Virus record (IMG/VR): IMGVR_UViG_3300010011_000077
Location: 1-36,057 of that record
Origin: a virus
Taxonomy: Duplodnaviria; Caudoviricetes
Reading direction: 5' to 3' (one strand)
DNA length: 36,057 nt
The position numbers and the translations under genes were made by a program. The first letter of the stretch is position 1, and each line of letters begins with the position of its first letter. The notes beneath the pieces are model-generated. The model was not told where the DNA came from. It made no database searches and worked only from the letters and a program-made list of their open reading frames with translations. Shown here one piece after another: positions 16,484 to 24,337 of this stretch.

Positions 16484-17821
16484 CTACGGTATAATGTCAG
16501 CCTGTTCTGGTATCATGCTTTTTGCTGTTTCTTCATCTTCCCCGTACCACTTCATGCGGTATTCCCAAAGTGGCATGACGCCCATTGAAACATCTTGCCG
16601 GTCTTGTTGTCTTTCAGATACTTTATCCTGGATTATACTATCGTCAAAGTCTATATTGACCTTATCAATGCTTACTCCTTTAAGTCGTCCGATTGCCTTT
16701 ACCATTCCTGTCAAAGCACTGTTTAAGACTATCTCATGCTTTTTCAGGGACTGATACAAGTCGGACTTCTCGGATATAACCTCTGTTGCCGTCTTTACAG
16801 TCCCATTCTCAAACCTGTATCTACCTGTACCCATACCGCATTTAAAACTTAGCAGGTCCAGAGCCTTAGTGATGCCCTTATCGTGTTCATCAGCCCTTAT
16901 CTGCGGGTCAAAAGTATCAAGCTTACCTTCTGAGTTTCTGTCACCTGGAAGTGCGTAAAATACGGTATCGTTTTTATCAAATACCGGTTTTGCAACGCCA
17001 TCCTCACCCATCTGAATTTTGGCCATTGACAAAGGCACCATGATACGTTTTTTACCAAGGTCAAACTCATTAATGTAGCTATCATATACAATGTCACAGC
17101 CTTTAAGTTGAGGAATAGCATTAGCGAATACCGATATTCCATAGGGACTATCCAAATCAATGTTGTTAACGATATTCGGAGTGATAATCTGAAACAGTGG
17201 TATATCTATACCGGTTTCAACTTCCGGGAGCATACCTTCATCCAATTCTAAATCAGCTCCGGATTCAGCATCAACAATATGATTTTCAATGACATAAACC
17301 CCTTGTTCATTGAGTTTATGTATCTGGATGTAGTACTGCTTTTTACCGTCACGCTCTCTCATAGATCCAAAAGCACACTCATTAACATAGCCGTTATCCC
17401 AGCTAAGAGGATAAATCATTCCGGCTCTGATATAGTCAATTACCACTTCGCCAGTAGCATCCTTATACTCAACAAGGGCACCTGTACCAAGAGCAAAGGT
17501 CAATTCAATCAACTGGTTACCCTTTACCCGGAAGTTATTGTATTCAAACACCTTTTCAAGCTCTTTGTCAAATTCCTTACCGGTATATATCTTAACCTTT
17601 TCATTTAATAACAGGTTAGCCCAGTCTTCGCAAACGGTCTTAGCCATGCCAAGCGAATACCTATCTTTACCAACCACCTCAATGCCGTTGTAAACAGTAT
17701 AATGGTGAAAGTCCTTGACATACCCCTGATACCAGCTAAGCCATGTATCGTGATATTTTGTAGTATCATCTGATGCAGGGCTATACCCTTTGTCCTGTAA
17801 GTATCCCAATATGGTTTTCAA
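16484..17821 (-). CDS. Portal protein (A118/SPP1 gp6-like)
   Basis: After TerL; SPYGISVFANA, KTATEVISE, V.IDFDDSII, WEYRMKWYGE motifs. Confidence 0.93.
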   Translation of the reverse strand: MKTILGYLQDKGYSPASDDTTKYHDTWLSWYQGYVKDFHHYTVYNGIEVVGKDRYSLGMAKTVCEDWANLLLNEKVKIYTGKEFDKELEKVFEYNNFRVKGNQLIELTFALGTGALVEYKDATGEVVIDYIRAGMIYPLSWDNGYVNECAFGSMRERDGKKQYYIQIHKLNEQGVYVIENHIVDAESGADLELDEGMLPEVETGIDIPLFQIITPNIVNNIDLDSPYGISVFANAIPQLKGCDIVYDSYINEFDLGKKRIMVPLSMAKIQMGEDGVAKPVFDKNDTVFYALPGDRNSEGKLDTFDPQIRADEHDKGITKALDLLSFKCGMGTGRYRFENGTVKTATEVISEKSDLYQSLKKHEIVLNSALTGMVKAIGRLKGVSIDKVNIDFDDSIIQDKVSERQQDRQDVSMGVMPLWEYRMKWYGEDEETAKSMIPEQADIIP

Positions 17822-17835
17822 TTTCTCACCTCGCT

Positions 17836-19146
17836 TTATGCGGCATTAATATACAGAATATCATCTTGTATGTATTCAGTGCTGTATTCCATAGCATCCA
17901 GACTGTCAATATTCATCTGGCCGTCATCAAGCCTTACATCCTTAGTCGGCTTGGAGTCATCGTAAACAGCCTCTTCCAGGGCCCTTATTGTATGCACACA
18001 GCTTTTATGTATCTTAAACCTACCCTGAGCCATCATCGAATTGTAAAATGCAATACGGTCATTTATAGGACCCTTGATTGCATTCTTTAACTCAATCGGT
18101 ACCCTTGCCCGCATGACGGCAGCTTCTAAGCCAGATATCAGCGTCTGTTCTGCGCTATCACAGTAAGCCTCATAGCATTTATACTTACTCTGTATCTGCT
18201 TTACAAAATCAATAAAATCAGCCTCCAGCGTCTTAGGGCTGATTCTCTTTTTCTTGTAATATTCTTTTACAGTAACCACGTACTTATATCCCTGCGTGAA
18301 CCCAGTAAAGGTAAATGCATGTGCCGATTTCGTTCCTCCAAAGTCAACTCCTATTGTACCGTATATAATCGGATGCTCTTTGAGCCAATCATCATCAATA
18401 ATATAATCATCCGGATTATCTGCAAATTGCTGATATATCAGTCCATCTGCAGCTACCCATAAGCCTAGAATAAACCTCTTGTAGAATACTCCGGTAAACA
18501 TCCGGCGGAACCTATCTTTAACTTTCGGAGCCAGCGTTAAGTTATCATCCATTGTAAAATGCAGATGATATATATTCTTCTCTTTGGCCTTGTCTATAAA
18601 TTCCTCTTTTATGTAGTGGTGTGGTCCTTCCGGGTTGCAATTTAGGAATATCTTTGCCCCATCTACAGAGCACCGGCCAATCATTTGGTCAATGAATGAC
18701 TGCGGGAATAATGCTGCTTCATCTGCATAAGCACCGGCAGCTGTCAGGCCTTGGAGTGCGTCCTGGGCCGCTTCTGTGTTAGCGCCAAACATATAATAAG
18801 TGCTGGCGCCAATTTCAATGAAGTTTTCGGAACGATTATAATTGTAGTTCCATCCCCAGGCTTCTAATATCTGCAGCATTGGCTTAATAACATTTCGCTT
18901 TAAAGCCCCCATTGTCTTACCGGCCAGAATAAAACTTTCACCATCCGGAAAGGTCTCCTGGCTCCACTGCAAGAAGCTGCATATCATTGCAACAGTTTTG
19001 CCCGCCCTGATGGAGCCATCAGCAATAACAATATCACAATCTTTATATGGTGAACCATCCCGCCAGAAATATAAAAGCTTTTGCTGTTTAGGTGAAAAAG
19101 GTTTGAATTGAAATTTCTTATTCCTCCGTAATCTCTTCATCCTCAT
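17836..19146 (-). CDS. terL: Terminase large subunit (PBSX family)
   Basis: DGSIRAGKT Walker A, AYADEA Walker B, NCNP, GVDFG, DSA and DSLDAMEY nuclease motifs. Confidence 0.95.
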   Translation of the reverse strand: MRMKRLRRNKKFQFKPFSPKQQKLLYFWRDGSPYKDCDIVIADGSIRAGKTVAMICSFLQWSQETFPDGESFILAGKTMGALKRNVIKPMLQILEAWGWNYNYNRSENFIEIGASTYYMFGANTEAAQDALQGLTAAGAYADEAALFPQSFIDQMIGRCSVDGAKIFLNCNPEGPHHYIKEEFIDKAKEKNIYHLHFTMDDNLTLAPKVKDRFRRMFTGVFYKRFILGLWVAADGLIYQQFADNPDDYIIDDDWLKEHPIIYGTIGVDFGGTKSAHAFTFTGFTQGYKYVVTVKEYYKKKRISPKTLEADFIDFVKQIQSKYKCYEAYCDSAEQTLISGLEAAVMRARVPIELKNAIKGPINDRIAFYNSMMAQGRFKIHKSCVHTIRALEEAVYDDSKPTKDVRLDDGQMNIDSLDAMEYSTEYIQDDILYINAA

Positions 19147-19909
19147 TCACCTCATCTGCAAACAAAGCCTTGATATCTTCTTCAGAAGGTTTAACTGCCT
19201 TCAGGAAATCCTTAATCGCTGTATCACCTTCACTACCTCCAGACAACTGAGCAACCTCATATTTCAGTTTACTAATACGCAAGCGCTGTTCCTCTGATGT
19301 CTTTTCCCAGTTAGCATGTAGTAGCTCATCATATTGCTTAATCATTGACCTGAGCTCTCCCATTGCCCGGCTTTGTGCCTGCAGGAAGTTAGCATGCTTA
19401 TCCCAAGCCTGCTGTACTTCCCAGCGCTCTCCGATAACATTACCGTCCTTTTCCTCAATCTTTTCAATGGTCTTATCCTGCTGATTCTTAACAAACATAA
19501 TCTTCTGGGCCCTGACTATAGCAGTAAACTGCAGCATTATATTATCCCAGAGGATATCAAGTGGATCCTTCAGCTGCACTTCCTGGAATATCTCGAACGT
19601 CTCCTCAGGAAGCCACTTAGCAAAAAAGCCATGTTTCTCCGCATTTTTATTCCTCTCCGGAGCTCCACCATTATTGCCAACAGCATTCTTATTACCAGGC
19701 TGACCGCCTCGCTTACGTTTCGCAACGTTGCGATTATCTTTTTGCAACGTTGCATTGTCCCATTTATATCTATTCTTCCAACAGCGGACAGTACCTTCAG
19801 GTACGCCCAACTGATTAGCAATCTCAATTAATTTAAGCCCTTGCTTATATAATTCAAAGGCTTTGATTGACTTTTCATCCGGCGCCCTGGCCATATCACC
19901 ACCTCTCAA
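19118..19909 (-). CDS. terS: Terminase small subunit with N-terminal HTH
   Basis: LIEIANQLGVPEGTVRCWK.RYKW; GGQPGNKNA...NKNAEKHG; QQAWDK.A.FL.AQSRAM. True start likely MARAP. Confidence 0.9.
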   Translation of the reverse strand: MRGGDMARAPDEKSIKAFELYKQGLKLIEIANQLGVPEGTVRCWKNRYKWDNATLQKDNRNVAKRKRGGQPGNKNAVGNNGGAPERNKNAEKHGFFAKWLPEETFEIFQEVQLKDPLDILWDNIMLQFTAIVRAQKIMFVKNQQDKTIEKIEEKDGNVIGERWEVQQAWDKHANFLQAQSRAMGELRSMIKQYDELLHANWEKTSEEQRLRISKLKYEVAQLSGGSEGDTAIKDFLKAVKPSEEDIKALFADEVNEDEEITEE

Positions 19910-19930
19910 TCGTGTTGTTTTGGAAGCATG

Positions 19931-19959
19931 AAAAAAGCATCCTTTGGGATGCTTTTTTT
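19931..19959. terminator. Bidirectional intrinsic terminator upstream of terS
   Basis: AAAAAAGCATCC-TTTG-GGATGCTTTTTTT. Confidence 0.8.
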
Positions 19960-19973
19960 AATCTGGTTTTATA

Positions 19974-20177
19974 TCAGGGACTATCAATTCCTACTTTCTT
20001 TGCAATTTCCTCTGGTGACAACATTTCTCCTAAAGGCCCATTATCTTTTAATTCCCGTTTAAGGGTTTTAATAAATTTAGCCACTTCTTTTGCCGTTCCC
20101 TCATTATCATCACCTAAGTAAAATAATCTGTTATTAATTAGAGTTATTATTATATCTTTAATGCATTCATCTGACAT
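19974..20177 (-). CDS. Small hypothetical protein (67 aa), probable moron
   Basis: GGGAGGAG RBS before the ATG at 20177; own promoter; terminators on both sides; AT-rich. Confidence 0.7.
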   Translation of the reverse strand: MSDECIKDIIITLINNRLFYLGDDNEGTAKEVAKFIKTLKRELKDNGPLGEMLSPEEIAKKVGIDSP

Positions 20178-20202
20178 TTTATTCACTCCTCCCTTCACCC
20201 AC

Positions 20203-20231
20203 ATACTACCACTTTATACCAGAAAAAGCAA
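20203..20231 (-). promoter_or_regulatory. Putative sigmaA promoter for the 67-aa gene
   Basis: Minus strand TTGCTT, 17 bp, TAGTAT with extended TG. Confidence 0.55.
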
Positions 20232-20242
20232 CAGTATTTTAC

Positions 20243-20276
20243 AAAAAAGCACTCTGCAGATTATACAGAATGCCTT
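20243..20276 (-). terminator. Terminator ending the late leader region
   Basis: Minus strand AAGGCATTCTGTA-TAATC-TGCAGAGTGCTTT then TTT, with G-U pairs. Confidence 0.7.
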
Positions 20277-20369
20277 TACAAATGAGAAGGTGTTATGGGA
20301 AAATCAGCCGCCAGGCCGTGACACCTGGCAGCCGCATGGAGGTAATATTCTTACAATCTTCCACTTTAA

Positions 20370-20401
20370 ATTTTATCATACATTTTGGGGAATTGGGGGA
20401 A
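20370..20401 (-). promoter_or_regulatory. Putative late promoter
   Basis: Minus strand TG-A-TAAAAT extended -10 (20370-20378); no consensus -35, but a direct repeat TTCCCC-CAA-TTCCCC; sits at the 3' end of the late regulator gene. Confidence 0.55.
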
Positions 20402-20816
20402 AGTTAAGATAATTACGAATTTTCTTACCAACGCTACTGCGATCCATATTCATTATTTCGGCAATTTCCCTTAATTTCATTCCGTCTATGTATCTGTACC
20501 TGAATATCTGCCGGAGTTCACTATCAGGAATGCTATTAATAAACTGCTCAATCCTTAATGCTTCTTTTCTTGCCTTCTCAAGCTTGTCCTGATACATTGC
20601 TATCATTTTATCTCTCTCAGCTTTTTGCTTCGGGTCATAAGCATATACGCCCATGCGAAATTCAAGGTATGGAAAATGCTTTGATGTGCCTATTACCTTA
20701 CTAGGCATTACATCAATATCCTTATCATACAGCTTGTCTATTCTGTTTTGAAGGTCTGCTGCTTCCTGAACTAATTTCCTGTATTGGCATAATTCTTTGT
20801 CTGTCAGTGTAATCAC
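20376..20816 (-). CDS. Late transcriptional regulator (ArpU/RinA-like, sigma70 region-4-type HTH)
   Basis: IEQFINSIPDSELRQIFRYRYIDGM...EIA..MN.DRSSV.K; last early gene before terS; GTG start overlaps the upstream TGA. Confidence 0.82.
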   Translation of the reverse strand: MITLTDKELCQYRKLVQEAADLQNRIDKLYDKDIDVMPSKVIGTSKHFPYLEFRMGVYAYDPKQKAERDKMIAMYQDKLEKARKEALRIEQFINSIPDSELRQIFRYRYIDGMKLREIAEIMNMDRSSVGKKIRNYLNFPPIPQNV

Positions 20817-21049
20817 CGTCCTTTGCTCATGCAAGTCCATGTACAAAAATAGTTTGTCCGCCCTTTAATCATACGCTTATATGCATACTCTGCCCGGTTA
20901 TATCCACCTAAGCCAAAGTATATTGGTTTACCGCATGTATGGCAGTTTTCACAATTCTGTGCTCGGAATAACTCAGGGACTATCCTTTTCGTCAGGGGCA
21001 GGCTCTTTATCAGGCTTTTTGCTTTTTCTCTTGTGCCGGCTGATGCCAT
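20813..21049 (-). CDS. Small zinc-finger-like protein; start uncertain
   Basis: CHTCGKPIY...YAYK...YFCTWTC; stop is coupled (GTGA) to the next gene; no RBS at the annotated ATG. Confidence 0.5.
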   Translation of the reverse strand: MASAGTREKAKSLIKSLPLTKRIVPELFRAQNCENCHTCGKPIYFGLGGYNRAEYAYKRMIKGRTNYFCTWTCMSKGR

Positions 21050-21590
21050 GAAGGTAAATGAAGTTATTAACCGAACTTTCCTTCAATCCAAAGTATTCTG
21101 CTATCTGCTTTTTTGTTTTACCCTCATCCACATACATCTTCCGAACAACCTCAACTGTCATATTTTCAGGGTACTTTCTCCGGCCATCCTTTTTCGGGGC
21201 CGGGTACTTGCTCAAGGACTTGTCCTCAGGTACCACCCTGTCGTGTTTCACGACCCCGTCTGTAGAAGGGGCCAAAATCATTTCAGTACCTGGTGCCAAT
21301 TTAGGTATTTTCGGTACTTGAGGCACAGATTGCTGTACACCAAGCAGCTGTTCAAGCTCAGCAAGCTTGTTTTTCTTCGCTGTTTCCATTGTTGCAATTA
21401 TGTGCTGCTTCAGCTGCTCTGTCGTCTCTTCTCCAATATACAGAGCTATGTCATAGCCGGTAATTACCAAATCATCTCTCTCTATGCCAAGTATAACATT
21501 GTCAATACGGGAAATATCTGCTGATAATTCATTAATGCGTACTGCTTTCTCATTAGCTATCTGTAATAACTCCTTAATATCCATACTCAT
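20973..21590 (-). CDS. Hypothetical protein with C-terminal HTH
   Basis: AAAGGA RBS; VRKMYVDEGKTKKQIAEYFGLKESSVNNFI.LHGI. Confidence 0.75.
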   Translation of the reverse strand: MSMDIKELLQIANEKAVRINELSADISRIDNVILGIERDDLVITGYDIALYIGEETTEQLKQHIIATMETAKKNKLAELEQLLGVQQSVPQVPKIPKLAPGTEMILAPSTDGVVKHDRVVPEDKSLSKYPAPKKDGRRKYPENMTVEVVRKMYVDEGKTKKQIAEYFGLKESSVNNFIYLHGISRHKRKSKKPDKEPAPDEKDSP

Positions 21591-21632
21591 TTTTTCCTTT
21601 CTATCATTCACAAATGAGGCTATAATTGCTGA

Positions 21633-21839
21633 TTATAGCTTTTCTCGGTTATATTCGCACATCGGTTGCATAAATCCCATTTCAACTCGCTTAACAAGTG
21701 CGCCCAGTATTATTCTCTTTGCCAGTGCCAGACCTTTAATAACCCCTCGCTTATAAGCAGGGTCATACCATCCATCAGTCTTATGCCATTCTCTATCCTG
21801 CTTATCAATCTTCTCAAGAATTTCCTGCAGCATAAGCAT
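21633..21839 (-). CDS. Hypothetical protein (68 aa)
   Basis: GGGAG RBS; overlaps the upstream stop; AY.RG..KGL..A..II pattern common in small phage early proteins. Confidence 0.65.
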   Translation of the reverse strand: MLMLQEILEKIDKQDREWHKTDGWYDPAYKRGVIKGLALAKRIILGALVKRVEMGFMQPMCEYNREKL

Positions 21840-23322
21840 CTCCCTTCTTTCTTTGAAGCTCCTTCAGATAGTCAATCAGATATGATCTATTTGTTCTACA
21901 TTGCTTAAAGTGCTTATTAGGTTCCAGCAGATAATATTCCTCGTCTCCCCATCCGTCCTTAAAGCGTTCCTCGTATTTTAACCCGGTCGACTTATAGTCA
22001 AATAATCTGGTATAGTAGACTTTAACCACTATACTGTTACCGTCCGGTAAATCATAACGGTAGTAGCGCTCTTCTGTTTCTTTAGTATCGATCCAGATTG
22101 GCCAAGTCTCAAAAGCATCGATCCAGGCTGCTCGCTGGTCATTATTTCGAAGGATTGGTAATTCTGGCTGTATCTGTTCAGGTGGATTTTGTTCAGAATT
22201 TATGTCTGCAAGATATGATTTTAAAGCTCGTAGGATTGTCTCATGCTTAAGAAGCGTGTCTGGTTGATATTCTTTCCAGTAGTCTCTCATTGCTTCAATC
22301 TGCTTTTCCTCATTCCTGATTGCCTCTCTCAGATAATATTCAGCAGAATGATATGGCTTTGTTTCTACCGGCTTCTCCTCAATAATTTCAGCTTCAACTA
22401 CCTCAGTTGTAACTGATTCATCCACATCGTTAATGATTTCAGGCTCATTGTCCACAACTTCAGGGTGGTCGTTCACAATTTTGGTCTCTGTTACAATTTT
22501 ATTTTTTTCATGTTTCGGTTCTTCTGGCAATGATATGTATTTTAAATACAACTCCATAAACTCATCCGCCGAAATCATAACATTGCTCTTATCCCAGTGG
22601 AGCTTAACCTTTTCAAATGGCTTTCCATATTGCCCATAAAACATATGTCCATAATCATGCAGATAATCTGCGCTTTTTGTTTCCTGTCCTTTGTTAGTAT
22701 GAAAAATCATAAAATCATTAATAGCAGATTTTATCCCAGCTGTACTTATGCTTTCGCTTAGTCTCTTAATAAGAAAAGCAAGATGTGATTCCGGTTGATT
22801 CATTATCATGTCAAGAATCTCTGCGGCATTAAGAGTAGATTTAGATTTTTCCGATTCCGCATTGAATTGCGCTGGCGCAATTTTCTCCGGTTCCTGTTGC
22901 GATGTCGCAACAACTTTGTCAGGATTTTTAATTTCTCTTATTTCCGCAACAGTAGTGGTGACCGTCACCTGCTCCAGTTGTTCATCAGTCATAGTCAGCA
23001 TCTCAGATAATTTACTGCTTGAGAAATCTTTATACCGGTCCTGAAGTATGGGCGAATTGCCGTCTACACTGAAACGGTCATTAATTGCCATAAACCTTGA
23101 AGCGCTTGATTTACTGATACCAAATTCAGCCTGAGCAAATTCCCAAATGTTCTGGTAACCATCCTGTTCATACAGCTTTTTATCCCGAATGTATTTAAGG
23201 TAATATCCGATTGCTACAAAGCTTCTGGATGCAGCATTGATATTCTCCCTGATAAAATTCTTGGCATCTTTGTATTGCACGTTTTTATACCATTCAGAGC
23301 AATTAACAATCTCTTCACTCAC
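21814..23322 (-). CDS. Conserved phage early protein with DUF3102-like N-terminus, multi-module
   Basis: SFVAIGYYLK.IRD..LY..DGY.NIWEFA..EFGISKS.ASRFM.IN; GTG at 23322 with GGAGG RBS. Confidence 0.75.
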   Translation of the reverse strand: MSEEIVNCSEWYKNVQYKDAKNFIRENINAASRSFVAIGYYLKYIRDKKLYEQDGYQNIWEFAQAEFGISKSSASRFMAINDRFSVDGNSPILQDRYKDFSSSKLSEMLTMTDEQLEQVTVTTTVAEIREIKNPDKVVATSQQEPEKIAPAQFNAESEKSKSTLNAAEILDMIMNQPESHLAFLIKRLSESISTAGIKSAINDFMIFHTNKGQETKSADYLHDYGHMFYGQYGKPFEKVKLHWDKSNVMISADEFMELYLKYISLPEEPKHEKNKIVTETKIVNDHPEVVDNEPEIINDVDESVTTEVVEAEIIEEKPVETKPYHSAEYYLREAIRNEEKQIEAMRDYWKEYQPDTLLKHETILRALKSYLADINSEQNPPEQIQPELPILRNNDQRAAWIDAFETWPIWIDTKETEERYYRYDLPDGNSIVVKVYYTRLFDYKSTGLKYEERFKDGWGDEEYYLLEPNKHFKQCRTNRSYLIDYLKELQRKKGDAYAAGNS

Positions 23323-23545
23323 CTGAAACCCTCCTTCTGTACTCCTTTTCAATACATTCAATCAAATCAGCTATCATATGCCGGCACAAATCACAGTTAT
23401 TATACTTCTCATTCAGCTCATGGGCTTCCTGAAGCATCTGGCCAGCATTGTCTGTTGTCATAATTTTGCGCCAATTAAGATAAAATCCGTTATATACTTC
23501 ATTCATGATTTGCTTGACTGTTTCATGACTGGGCACTGTTTTCAT
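23315..23545 (-). CDS. Hypothetical protein (76 aa)
   Basis: GGAGG before the ATG at 23545; fills the gap between rusA and the next gene and overlaps the next start. Confidence 0.6.
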   Translation of the reverse strand: MKTVPSHETVKQIMNEVYNGFYLNWRKIMTTDNAGQMLQEAHELNEKYNNCDLCRHMIADLIECIEKEYRRRVSGE

Positions 23546-23978
23546 TTCGGCACATTCCTCCATCCAATTCAGAAATCGATATGTATATTCCAGGTATCTC
23601 AGCCCAAAACTTTTCAATGATTTCCGATGCTACCAGGGCATCATCTTTCCAGTATCCCAAGTCTGTCATAACATCCTTAAGCAGTTTCTGCAGGTTATCT
23701 GTATCCGGCTTGGTGGCCTTATATTCTCCGTTTTTATGTTTGCCCCGAGGAAAACACCATTTTGTAACCAACCGTATCGGGCCTGTGAATTTATGTGCCG
23801 GCGCATATTTTGCTAAATGAGCTGCCAGCTTTGCTCTTGCTGCTTTTAGCTCTTGCGGTTCATAAAATATCGGTTTGCCATTTACTACATGAACTTGCTT
23901 CTCTTGGTGAGTTACTGTCGGTGGAAGCATCGGAATAAAAAAACTAATATAACTAATATTCAAAACATCATCTCCCAT
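23523..23978 (-). CDS. rusA: RusA-family Holliday junction resolvase
   Basis: TKPDTDNLQKLLKD.MT..GYWKDDALV catalytic motif. Confidence 0.92.
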   Translation of the reverse strand: MGDDVLNISYISFFIPMLPPTVTHQEKQVHVVNGKPIFYEPQELKAARAKLAAHLAKYAPAHKFTGPIRLVTKWCFPRGKHKNGEYKATKPDTDNLQKLLKDVMTDLGYWKDDALVASEIIEKFWAEIPGIYISISELDGGMCRNENSAQS

Positions 23979-24014
23979 ATTTTAACAATTCATTTTGAGT
24001 TGCAAAATTGCTTT

Positions 24015-24337
24015 GGTCAAGGTAAGGGGAAGGAGTCGTCGTGCGTAAGCTTTCGCACGACTACTTCCCCCTTGACCGTAGGGAAAGGAAACGCCCTATA
24101 TATACGTAGTATATATAGCATTTTCCTTCCCTGGGAAATTCTCGGTATTTCTCGAGTTTTTCCCTATGAGGGAAATTCTCGAGAGTTATCGATTTTTTCC
24201 CTTTGAAGTGAAAGGGAAAATTATCGTGATTTTCCCTTTGTTACAAAATTTTACTTTAGGGAAATTCTCGAGAATTATCGAGTTTTTCCCTGTCAGGGAA
24301 AATGTCAGGGAAACTGTTTCCCTTCGAGTTTTTCCCT
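24015..24337. repeat. Putative replication origin: two long hairpins plus five GGGAAA...TTTTTCCC inverted units
   Basis: Hairpin 24015-24077; palindrome CTATATATAC-GTA-GTATATATAG 24096-24118; units near 24133, 24169, 24213, 24258 and 24295; directly downstream of the primase-helicase gene. Confidence 0.75.

Noticed and set aside
20281-20370. tRNA gene in the late leader
   Set aside because: Only a single hairpin; no cloverleaf, T-loop GTTC motif or acceptor stem.
24133-24337. CRISPR-like array
   Set aside because: Units are degenerate inverted repeats with very short irregular gaps and no unique ~30-bp spacers; no cas genes; position fits an origin.
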